A stretch of DNA of 42,064 nt from a virus. Positions 34,966 through 42,064 of the stretch are shown piece by piece. The position numbers and the translations under genes are program-made. Within the stretch, counting starts at the first letter, position 1. Every line of letters begins with the position of its first letter. The stretch lies in UHGV virus genome UHGV-0178365. One strand, 5' to 3'. The notes below the pieces were generated by a model, which worked only from the letters and a program-made list of their open reading frames with translations, was not told where the DNA came from and made no database searches.

Positions 34966-35190
34966 CTAGTGCAAAAAAATATCGTTGACAGCTTCCAAAA
35001 GAATCGGTTTAGCAACATCGGACATTTCTCGATAGAGCAAATCCAATTCCCCAAGGCGCCAGGTAGAAGGATTTCGCTCTCTTTCTAGATAGGTTGGCTT
35101 TGCAATATGGCAGATAGTAGCAGCTTCTTCCGATGATAGTCCCGATGCCTTTCGCGCTGCCTCGAACTTTCCAATGACGGGCATGACCAC
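34966..35190 (-). CDS. Cro-like HTH (XRE family) regulator
   Basis: 74 aa, divergent from the cI-like gene, in an AT-rich regulatory region. Confidence 0.5.
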   Translation of the reverse strand: MVMPVIGKFEAARKASGLSSEEAATICHIAKPTYLERERNPSTWRLGELDLLYREMSDVAKPILLEAVNDIFLH

Positions 35191-35298
35191 CTCCTTTCAA
35201 CGAAAGCAGCTTATCATTACAATACGTTAAACGCAATATAAAATTATTTAAATGTATCTAACGCATGGTAAAATGCATTTAACGAAAGGTGGTATGAA
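35191..35298. promoter_or_regulatory. Divergent cI/cro promoter-operator region
   Basis: AT-rich. Palindrome AAATGCATTT. Repeated ACGTTAAA motifs here and at 34958. Confidence 0.45.
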
Positions 35299-35973
35299 AT
35301 GGGTGTTGCTGAGAACATAGACGCCTTGCTTGTAAAGTTCGACATTACAGCTGAAAGCCTCGCGAGAATTGCAGGTGTCCAGCCTCCTACTGTATCTCGA
35401 TGGCGTCATGGAGCGATGCCGCGCGAGGAGCCAATCAATAGAATGGTTGAGTATTTTGGTTTAGAACGTGACGATATTGTTTCGGATGCTTTTGGACTCG
35501 CCGCAAAGGAACATGGGCGTGTCGGCATACCAACCATTAAGCCTGCTTACTCGTACCACGTTGTCCCGATGCTGGGTAATGCTGCAGCAGGAGAGTGGCG
35601 AGAGGTGTACGAGCAGCACGGCGAGGCGGTTACCATCCCCGACGAGTTCGCGGAGAGCCACCCTCGCGCTTTCGGAGTCAAGCCGGCGGGGTCGAGCATG
35701 GATCTTGTATTTCGCGACGACGAGATCGCGATTTGCGATCCCGATATGGAGGTGCGCGACGGGAGCGTGGCGTTGGTCGGCGTCAACGGGGACGAGGCGA
35801 CGATAAAGCGCGTATTCTTCGCCGGCAACACTATCGTCTTGCATGCTGAGAGCACCATGGCCGACGAGTACCCGGACATAGCCATCAACACAAAGGATCC
35901 GGCTTCGCCGCCCGTGCACCTCATCGGCGAGATTTTTTGGAAGACGCTTCCGGCGAGGCCGATTAAGTTCTAG
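35299..35973 (+). CDS. CI-like repressor: N-terminal HTH plus C-terminal S24 LexA-like peptidase domain
   Basis: QPPTVSRWRHG HTH. GSSMDL (Ser) and TIKRV (Lys) catalytic dyad spacing. AAGEW cleavage-site-like region. Confidence 0.8.
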   Translation: MGVAENIDALLVKFDITAESLARIAGVQPPTVSRWRHGAMPREEPINRMVEYFGLERDDIVSDAFGLAAKEHGRVGIPTIKPAYSYHVVPMLGNAAAGEWREVYEQHGEAVTIPDEFAESHPRAFGVKPAGSSMDLVFRDDEIAICDPDMEVRDGSVALVGVNGDEATIKRVFFAGNTIVLHAESTMADEYPDIAINTKDPASPPVHLIGEIFWKTLPARPIKF

Positions 35974-35989
35974 GCGAAAGGAGAGGGTT

Positions 35990-36823
35990 GTGAAGAAATC
36001 AATTGCATCCATAGCGGGGTTTTTGCTCGCCGCTTCACTGTTGGGATGTGCTCAGAGCGACATCGATGTCCCGGATGTTGTCGGGCAAAAGGCCGACGAT
36101 GCAAAGGATGTCCTGATGGATTCCGGGTTTTATAACGTGGACATGGTTGAGGAGGACGGCGATGCCGCGTATGTGGCCGCTGCTTACACCGTTGTCGGCC
36201 AAAGCCCCCAAGCTGGGGACAAGTGCACTGCGTCCGATACCGTCACATTGACGGTGCGAAACGATGCGGAAGCCAAGGCTGCGGAGAAAAAGCAGGCTGA
36301 CGCCGCTGCCGAGGCGATGCTCGACGAAATGGAGGGGAGCCCCGCTGCCGAAGCGTACGATGCGCTAACTTCGGATGGCTATTCCGTCGAGGTGCTTCAT
36401 GCCGTTTCGAAGCAGGATTATTCCAGCGAGATCAATACTGGTGAAACCGAATGGCTCGTCTCTGGGTACGACGGGCTCAACGCCGATAAGAAGAGAGTGA
36501 CGATCCTTGTTGACACGCGGGATGGCATCGACCAGAGGGCTGCCAACGCCGCCGTCCGGGAAGTCCTTGACGGGAAGTTGCCGGTCTCCAATGCATGGAC
36601 GGCCGTCAAGAGCTACGGCAAGCAGCAGTATCCATACGGGTTCAAGCTGCACGACATCATGGGCGTTCTGGCCGAAACGGCCCAGGACGAGAACACGTGG
36701 TTTTTGAAGGCCACGTGCGACGTGACGAACGAATACGGAGCCAAGGCGAAAGATCTTGTGTGTGAGGCTGAGGTTGCCGGCACTAAAGATAGCCCCGAAG
36801 TGATTTCGTTCACGGTGTACTAG
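35990..36823 (+). CDS. Lipoprotein with a PASTA domain (lysogeny-expressed moron; superinfection-exclusion candidate)
   Basis: Signal peptide plus lipobox LLGC. PASTA: VPDVVGQKADDAKDVLMDSGF...VVGQSPQAGDKCTASDTVTLTV. GTG start with AGGAGAGGG RBS, 17 nt after the cI stop. Confidence 0.6.
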   Translation: MKKSIASIAGFLLAASLLGCAQSDIDVPDVVGQKADDAKDVLMDSGFYNVDMVEEDGDAAYVAAAYTVVGQSPQAGDKCTASDTVTLTVRNDAEAKAAEKKQADAAAEAMLDEMEGSPAAEAYDALTSDGYSVEVLHAVSKQDYSSEINTGETEWLVSGYDGLNADKKRVTILVDTRDGIDQRAANAAVREVLDGKLPVSNAWTAVKSYGKQQYPYGFKLHDIMGVLAETAQDENTWFLKATCDVTNEYGAKAKDLVCEAEVAGTKDSPEVISFTVY

Positions 36824-36825
36824 GC

Positions 36826-37089
36826 TTGTTCCGAATCACGAAGATGGGAAATGAAATGTGCGAATACTGCGAAGACGGCAGAAGGCTGATCGATAAAGAC
36901 AAGGCAGGATCAGGCGCTGAGGTGTGGATCGAGGCAGGGCGCTTGGTGGTGCGCAGCGAATGCGAATGCGGATCGAGCTCCACGGTCATGTCGAACCAGA
37001 TCAAGGTTTGCCCGATATGCAAGCGGGATCTGTCCGACGATCATCTTTGGCGCGAGTTCGACCCGTACGCCTGGCCTGGATTGAAGTAA
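36826..37089 (+). CDS. Small zinc-ribbon protein
   Basis: CEYCEDG...CEC...CPICK. Confidence 0.3.
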   Translation: MFRITKMGNEMCEYCEDGRRLIDKDKAGSGAEVWIEAGRLVVRSECECGSSSTVMSNQIKVCPICKRDLSDDHLWREFDPYAWPGLK

Positions 37090-37159
37090 GGCCGGTAAAT
37101 AGCGCAGCCCCGACTATCTTGGCGGACGGCGGGGCTGCAGCCTAACCTGACGGAAAGGC

Positions 37160-38473
37160 ATGGTGAAGTATACCATGAAGCGCAAGAGGTACCAGCTGGA
37201 GCCGCTCGACGATGGCCCAAGGGAGAAATGCCGGCATTGGGGGATCCGCGTGTCGTGCGGCCACGATCCGGCGACGGGGAAGCGCCTGAGACCTTACGAG
37301 ACGTTCGAGGGCACGGAATACGAGGCCGATCTTCGAGCCATGGCCATAAAGGTCGAGCACGGAATCGTCGAGACCACGTCCATGACCGTGGCCGAGTACT
37401 TCGTCGGCATGTACCTGCCGTGGGCGAAGAGCCGCGTCAGAACTAAATCGTACGAAGGCGGGCCGCGCGACAAGAGTCTGATAACTCGCGAGACCTATCG
37501 GGGGTACGAGCAGACCGCCAGGCTCCACATCATCCCTCTATTCGGCCATATCGGCTTGTCCGACCTCAAGCCATACTACGTCGAGCAGAAGCTGGCCGAG
37601 ATCCCAAGCCTCGGCTCCCGCCGCAACGCCTACAAGCTGTTGAGGCAGGGGTACCGCAGGGCGGTCAAATGGCAGCTCCTGCAGTTCGTCGTCACGGACG
37701 CGGTAGAGGAGCCGACGGCCGATCCTGTCGACAAGCCCACCGTCAAGTCGGCAGAAATGTGGGATTACATAGACGCGTTCGACGAGCCCGGAGACGAGGA
37801 CGTGCGCATGGCCGTTGCCATCGGGTTCGGCATCGGGCTCAGAAGGTCGGAGATCGCTGCCATCGACAAGGAGGAGATCGACTGGACCGTCGACACCGAG
37901 GACTTCCTCGGCGCAGTGAGGATATGGCGCTCGTACCATTTTCGTAAGGGAGAGGGGTGGTTTGAGCCGCCGAAATCGTTCACCTCGGCGAGAACGGCTT
38001 ATTTCCCGCGATGGCTCGGCGAGCTGTTGCAGCCTCACGCCGAAGGGTCGGGGCCTCTGCTCGAGCACAAGGGCGAGCGCACGAAGCCGGATCGCATCAC
38101 CGACCGGTGGAAGGACGTGGTAGCGAAGAAGGGGCTCCCGGTGGTCATGCCTTTCAAGAACACGCGGCATTCTTGCGGCACGATCCTCGTGCGCGAGGAC
38201 GGTCTGCCGATCACCGACGTGCAGCAGCTCCTCGGCCACAGCACGCCGGTGATCACGTCGACGTTCTACGTCCAGCGCGGCACCGAGTCGACGGAGCGCG
38301 CCGCCGCCGCGATGAACAAGAGGGCGAAACCCGTTGTCCCAGATTGTCCGAAACCCCCCGAAAACGCCGGATCGCAGCCGGATGATAATTATGGCGATAA
38401 AACGAAAAAGAGCGTTTCACCTGGTAGTTTCAAGATCATCAGACCTGATTTCAAACGTGCTTCGAACGGGTAG
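37160..38473 (+). CDS. int: Tyrosine integrase (phage integrase family)
   Basis: 437 aa. R...HxxR (RHSCGTIL)...Y (TFYVQ) catalytic region. Adjacent attP-like site. Confidence 0.85.
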   Translation: MVKYTMKRKRYQLEPLDDGPREKCRHWGIRVSCGHDPATGKRLRPYETFEGTEYEADLRAMAIKVEHGIVETTSMTVAEYFVGMYLPWAKSRVRTKSYEGGPRDKSLITRETYRGYEQTARLHIIPLFGHIGLSDLKPYYVEQKLAEIPSLGSRRNAYKLLRQGYRRAVKWQLLQFVVTDAVEEPTADPVDKPTVKSAEMWDYIDAFDEPGDEDVRMAVAIGFGIGLRRSEIAAIDKEEIDWTVDTEDFLGAVRIWRSYHFRKGEGWFEPPKSFTSARTAYFPRWLGELLQPHAEGSGPLLEHKGERTKPDRITDRWKDVVAKKGLPVVMPFKNTRHSCGTILVREDGLPITDVQQLLGHSTPVITSTFYVQRGTESTERAAAAMNKRAKPVVPDCPKPPENAGSQPDDNYGDKTKKSVSPGSFKIIRPDFKRASNG

Positions 38474-38489
38474 GGCAAACTTAAAATCT

Positions 38490-38532
38490 TCCGGCTTCGG
38501 CCTTGCGGGTTCGAGTCCCGCCGCCCCTACCA
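38490..38532 (+). other. attP-like core: 3' fragment of a tRNA/tmRNA (T-arm GCGGG-TTCGAGT-CCCGC, acceptor 3' strand, CCA)
   Basis: gcgggttcgagtcccgccgcccctacca. No matching 5' acceptor strand upstream, so not a full tRNA. Confidence 0.5.
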
Positions 38533-38541
38533 AGAACGATG

Positions 38542-38585
38542 AACAGGGGAAACGTTAAGGATATCAAAACGTTTCCCCTGTTGTT
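38542..38585. terminator. Perfect 15-bp stem hairpin (AACAGGGGAAACGTT / AACGTTTCCCCTGTT, 11-nt loop) followed by TTGTT
   Basis: Seen in sequence, immediately after the att core. Confidence 0.6.
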
Positions 38586-38596
38586 CAAGACGGCCT

Positions 38597-38645
38597 ATTG
38601 TCCGAAATTGTCCGAAGTGCGCGTAAATTGTCGCCAATTGTCGGG
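38597..38645 (+). promoter_or_regulatory. Four direct repeats of ATTGTC(C/G)G; candidate integrase arm-type binding sites
   Basis: attgtccgaa, attgtccgaa, aattgtcgcc, aattgtcggg. Confidence 0.4.
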
Positions 38646-38648
38646 AAA

Positions 38649-39032
38649 TTACGCTAAAAACTCGCTGCGCACCCACCCTTCCGCTCTGTACAAAACGCGG
38701 CACCATTCCCCGTCGCGCTCGAGCACGTCGCATTCTGCGCCGCGGGGCAGGACGTGGATCACGTTGCCGTTCTGCTCGTCGCGCATGTTCAGGCCGTGCG
38801 CCGCCGATACGACGGCTCGGTCGTGACCGATCTCCTCGGACTGCTCGCCATCGTCGGAACCGTCCCAGGCTTGCGGAGAGTCGTTCTCGGCTGCCGTTTC
38901 GGCCTTGTCGGCATGCGTCTGCGATTCGGTCGCATGCGAGGCGTACAGCGTCTCCAGCTCGGCCAATTTCGCATCCTTGCCGTACTCCACGCCCATCTCG
39001 TCCAGGATCCGCTTGATCTCGTCTTTGGTCAT
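38649..39032 (-). CDS. Hypothetical protein with a C-terminal SH3-like / cell-wall-binding region
   Basis: Acidic N-terminus. Ends GWVRSEFLA. Downstream of the endolysin. Confidence 0.35.
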   Translation of the reverse strand: MTKDEIKRILDEMGVEYGKDAKLAELETLYASHATESQTHADKAETAAENDSPQAWDGSDDGEQSEEIGHDRAVVSAAHGLNMRDEQNGNVIHVLPRGAECDVLERDGEWCRVLYRAEGWVRSEFLA

Positions 39033-39041
39033 GCCAGCTCC

Positions 39042-40034
39042 TTACAGTCTAACCAGCCGGGCGCGGAACGCCGACACCATGCCGCCGTTGCCAGCGTAGT
39101 CGTCCCCGCATCCGCTCGTGTCGTCGAGGTCGATCATGTCGGCCAGGAAGCCCTCTCCGACGTTAGCCACCGAGTACTCGATGCCGAGCCACCCGGTCGC
39201 GTCGGGATCCTGCGTCTCGTAATAGCAGCGCACCGCCGTGATCGGTGAGCCGTCGCCGGCACAGCCGTCCTCCAGGTCGTTGATGTCGTACTTGTTGACG
39301 CGCGGCAGCCAGCCTTGACGCTGCGTGCGCACTTGGTACCACCCCGGCATATCGATGGCGAGATACAGGATCGGCGATCCGTCGCCCGCGTAATCGTCTC
39401 CGGAACCGCCCGTGTCGGTGTGGTCGACCATCTCCGGCAGCACCCCGTTGGCGGTGCGGACGCGGTAGCGCAGATCGGGGATGCCGACGGACGGGGCGGG
39501 GGAAGGGGCGGGAGAAGGAGCCGCGCCGCCGCCCATCTCGTCGTACCAAGCCTGGGCGCGGGCCATGTACTCCGCGTTCTGGCTGCGCTGAAGCTCGCCG
39601 GGGCAGTCGGTCGCCGACCAGTGGGAGTGAGGGAACACGTTCACCAGCCACTCCGGACGGCCAAGGCCGTACTTGCGGCAGATCGCCGCCACGAGGTGCG
39701 CGCCCTGGTCGAGCACGGTGTCGTTGACCGTCCACGGCCCGAACTGGTTGTTGGCGTGCTCGATGCTGATGGTGTTGCTGTTCGCCCACGCGTTGGCGCA
39801 CGCCCAGGCGGTGTCCCAGTCGTTGACCAGCTGGCCGATGGTGCCGTCCGCCTGCACCGCGTAGTGGGCGGACGCCTCGCGCGTCTGCCACGTGCTGTAG
39901 CAGCCGTCGATGCTCAGGTTGCCGCCCATGTGGTGGATGGTCACGGCCTTGATGGAGCCGTTGCGACCCGGCGTGTAGTGCTTGGTTAGGATGCGTTCGA
40001 CATCCGCGTTGAGGCCGATCCAGTCCATGGTCAC
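39042..40034 (-). CDS. Endolysin: N-acetylmuramoyl-L-alanine amidase (Amidase_2/PGRP) plus three C-terminal GDDYAG cell-wall-binding repeats
   Basis: N-terminal amidase_2-like region (AVTIHHMGG, SIEH). Triple repeat TGGSGDDYAGDG / CAGDGSP / SGCGDDYAGNG. Confidence 0.7.
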   Translation of the reverse strand: MTMDWIGLNADVERILTKHYTPGRNGSIKAVTIHHMGGNLSIDGCYSTWQTREASAHYAVQADGTIGQLVNDWDTAWACANAWANSNTISIEHANNQFGPWTVNDTVLDQGAHLVAAICRKYGLGRPEWLVNVFPHSHWSATDCPGELQRSQNAEYMARAQAWYDEMGGGAAPSPAPSPAPSVGIPDLRYRVRTANGVLPEMVDHTDTGGSGDDYAGDGSPILYLAIDMPGWYQVRTQRQGWLPRVNKYDINDLEDGCAGDGSPITAVRCYYETQDPDATGWLGIEYSVANVGEGFLADMIDLDDTSGCGDDYAGNGGMVSAFRARLVRL

Positions 40035-40297
40035 TCCTCCCGCTCTTCCGCCGTGCGCATCTTGTGATAGCCTTCAAGCTCCCATACCTTGTCTCGGACG
40101 CGTCCCATGCAGATTTTCGCGCCTAGATCGCGGTCGTAGTTCTCTGGGTCGATGCACGCCGAAGTCTCGGTGACGATGAAGCCGCACGGAAGCTTCGCAT
40201 GAACCACGGTCATGCAGCCGAAACGATCTTCGACCGTGATCTCGGCTGCTGCCAGGATCGAGTCGACCTGCTCAGGGAACACCCGGTTGTCATTCAT
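40031..40297 (-). CDS. Hypothetical protein in the lysis cassette
   Basis: 88 aa between the holin and the endolysin. Confidence 0.3.
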   Translation of the reverse strand: MNDNRVFPEQVDSILAAAEITVEDRFGCMTVVHAKLPCGFIVTETSACIDPENYDRDLGAKICMGRVRDKVWELEGYHKMRTAEEREE

Positions 40298-40299
40298 GT

Positions 40300-40530
40300 C
40301 TACTCCTTGTCTTTGAGGCTATCCAGCACCTTCTGCGCGTCCTGGGCGGCCTCGGTCATGTTGTTGTTGCGCCACCAGGCGACGACGGTCGTGCCGATGG
40401 CAAGCACCGCCGCCACGGCCCCTGTGAGCGCGTCGGGGTCGATCGCGCCGAAGGTGATGGCGAACACGAGGCCCAGCGCGCCCAGCGCCACCGCCAGGGT
40501 GCCGATAGCCTTGATCTGCTCCTTGTTCAT
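40300..40530 (-). CDS. Holin (two transmembrane segments)
   Basis: Start MNKEQIKAIGTLAVALGALGLVF. Two hydrophobic helices. The upstream part of the track ORF is discarded. Confidence 0.55.
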   Translation of the reverse strand: MNKEQIKAIGTLAVALGALGLVFAITFGAIDPDALTGAVAAVLAIGTTVVAWWRNNNMTEAAQDAQKVLDSLKDKE

Positions 40531-40544
40531 TCCTGCTCCGATCT

Positions 40545-40883
40545 CTAGATGTTTATGCCGAGATGAGTTGCCACGATCCCGACCACGAACGCCAGGACCG
40601 CCGTGAGGGCGTAGTTGACGACGCTGTCCCATCTCTTCGCGGGCGCGGCCTCCAGAGCCGCTATGCGCTCCTCGGCGGCCGTCTGCCAGGCTGTGTTGGC
40701 CTCTTGTATCGCGGTGAGCCTGACAACGCACTCGCGCAGCTCGTCGATCTCCCCGCCGTGCGCCTCGAGGCGCTTGTCGTGCAGCGCGATGGCCCGCTCA
40801 TGGGCCGAATGCTCGAGGCACTGGTCCAACCGGATCACCTCCTGTCGTGTACGCCGCTTTCCGTCTGCGCCATAGTCCCGCAC
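40545..40883 (-). CDS. XhlA-like lysis-associated membrane protein (coiled coil plus C-terminal TM)
   Basis: C-terminal hydrophobic VVNYALTAVLAFVVGIVATHL. Confidence 0.4.
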   Translation of the reverse strand: MRDYGADGKRRTRQEVIRLDQCLEHSAHERAIALHDKRLEAHGGEIDELRECVVRLTAIQEANTAWQTAAEERIAALEAAPAKRWDSVVNYALTAVLAFVVGIVATHLGINI

Positions 40884-40976
40884 GAGTCACCTGATCCCGG
40901 AAAATCCCAAGCGCGCTTATGATTGGAAACGCGCGAAAAGCGCCTGGGATTTTTGAGTCGAAAAGGAGCCGAGCCA

Positions 40977-41875
40977 TGAACATCGCGGAGATCTACGAGA
41001 GCCACTACCTGCCGGAGAAGTCGAAGAAGCGCCGCCCCTCGACCGTGGCGGGATACGACAGCTCGGTGCGCCTCCACGTGCTGCCGAGGTGGGGTTCGTG
41101 CGAGATCGAGGACATCGATCCCGACGACCTGCAGGAGTGGGTGGACGGGTTCGATCGTGCCGGCGCCGCCGAGAAAGCCTACAAGTGCCTGCGCCAGATC
41201 GTGCGGTGGTGGATTAGGGCAAAGCGCCTGCATATCCCCGATCCGACCCTCTACGTCGAGCTGCCGGCGAAGGAGCCGTACCGTCCCGACGTGCTGGACG
41301 CGGAAGGCGTCACGGCCATGCTGCGCGGCATGTGGGGCCATGCCATGGAGGCCGTTGCCATCTGCTCCGTGACGATGGGGCTCCGGAGGGGCGAGGCGTG
41401 CGCGCTCACGTGGGGGGACATCAATCTCAAAACAGGCGAGGTTCGCGTGAGCAAGTCGCGGCAGTGCGTGGGCGGAGAGGTCGTGACCGAGGGCACGAAA
41501 ACCGACAAGTCAACGAGGTCATGCTACCTTCCCAGGTTCGCCATCAACCGCTTGCGCCAGATCAGGGGCAAGGGCCTCATCACCGGAGACGTGTCGCCCG
41601 ACAAGGTTGCGCGCTCGATCAAGTCGTGGTGCAAACGCATGCGCCTGCCGCACGTCAGCATGACCAATCTGCGCCATACCTGGGCGACGCTCGCTATAGA
41701 GGCCGGCATCGGCATCGAGACGGTCGCCATGATGCTAGGGCACACCGACATATCGACGGCGTACGACCACTACATAGTCCCGCGCCGCGCTATCTGCGTC
41801 GCCGCTCAGGACGCCGTGGAGACTCTGCTGGTCAAGAGCGCGGGCAAGCCAAGGAAGATGCTGCTGGCCGCATAG
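40977..41875 (+). CDS. Small tyrosine recombinase (XerC/D- or Rci-like, 299 aa). Its TAG stop is the first 3 nt of a repeat copy.
   Basis: LRHTWATLA (HxxR) and LGHTDISTAYDHY (catalytic Tyr). Has the N-terminal core-binding domain but no phage-integrase arm-binding N-terminus. Confidence 0.8.
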
Positions 41876-41889
41876 TTTTCCGTATCCCA
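41873..41889 (+). repeat. Copy 5 of the 17-bp repeat (TAGTTTTCCGTATCCCA, one mismatch)
   Basis: Match to copies at 60, 378 and 1013. TAG is the recombinase stop. Confidence 0.7.
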
Positions 41890-41908
41890 TATACAATCCG
41901 GCAGGCTG

Positions 41909-42064
41909 ATGGTCATGTCGAGCGCTAAAGCTGTAGTCGAGAAACGCGTCGATTTCAAAACGCCTTTTTCCGATGTACCCGTTGTGGTCGTCAACGCAAA
42001 CTCGGCAACGCCAAACGACGTTGACGTCAACGCAGGGAGCGTGGACGCAAACGGATTTAGTGTG
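41909..42064 (+). CDS. 5' part of an ORF running off the window end (possible fourth cassette ORF)
   Basis: ATG at 41909. The open frame reaches the last base of the window. Confidence 0.2.
   Translation, partial: MVMSSAKAVVEKRVDFKTPFSDVPVVVVNANSATPNDVDVNAGSVDANGFSV

Noticed and set aside
34985-35020. TTGACA -35-like hexamer as a plus-strand promoter
   Set aside because: It lies inside the cro-like coding region and has no convincing -10, so it is not called.
38461-38532. Complete tRNA gene
   Set aside because: Only the T-arm, 3' acceptor strand and CCA are present. No complementary 5' acceptor sequence or D/anticodon arms lie within 80 nt upstream, so this reads as an att core fragment.

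Overview
The window reads as an almost complete temperate siphovirus-like (pro)phage genome, about 42 kb at roughly 65% GC. The PASTA-domain lipoprotein, the lipobox and the amidase endolysin with cell-wall-binding repeats point to a high-GC Gram-positive host; this is inference. Most genes are on the minus strand and run right to left as one lytic transcription unit: Cro-like repressor, early HTH proteins, a recombination/replication module (ParB-like, SMC-like ATPase, Sak4-like AAA_24, DUF669-like, SF2 helicase, primase-polymerase/helicase), RusA, a Dam-like methyltransferase, terminase, portal, MuF-like protein, scaffold, major capsid, connectors, major tail, chaperones, tape measure, Dit, tail fibres, and at the far right a holin/amidase lysis cassette. 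On the plus strand are a cI-like S24 repressor, a PASTA lipoprotein, integrase 1 followed by an attP-like tRNA 3' fragment with arm-type repeats, and at the right edge a second small tyrosine recombinase.

The most unusual signal is a 17-bp repeat, TAGCTTTCCGTATCCCA. It occurs in three direct copies and one inverted copy in the 1 kb distal to the last tail-fibre gene, each fused to the stop codon of a small ORF. A fifth copy is fused to the stop codon of the second tyrosine recombinase at the other end of the window. This suggests a recombinase-driven cassette-switching system (shufflon-like or integron-like) at the host-range end of the tail. It also suggests the window is a circular permutation of the phage genome: the lysis cassette, the recombinase and the cassettes would then be contiguous downstream of the tail fibres.

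Other notable items are an AT-rich moron island carrying a five-fold Cys-repeat protein with an AP2 domain, a 15-bp in-frame tandem repeat inside the methyltransferase gene, a recurrent ~20-bp gene-junction motif, and a repeat-rich putative replication origin.
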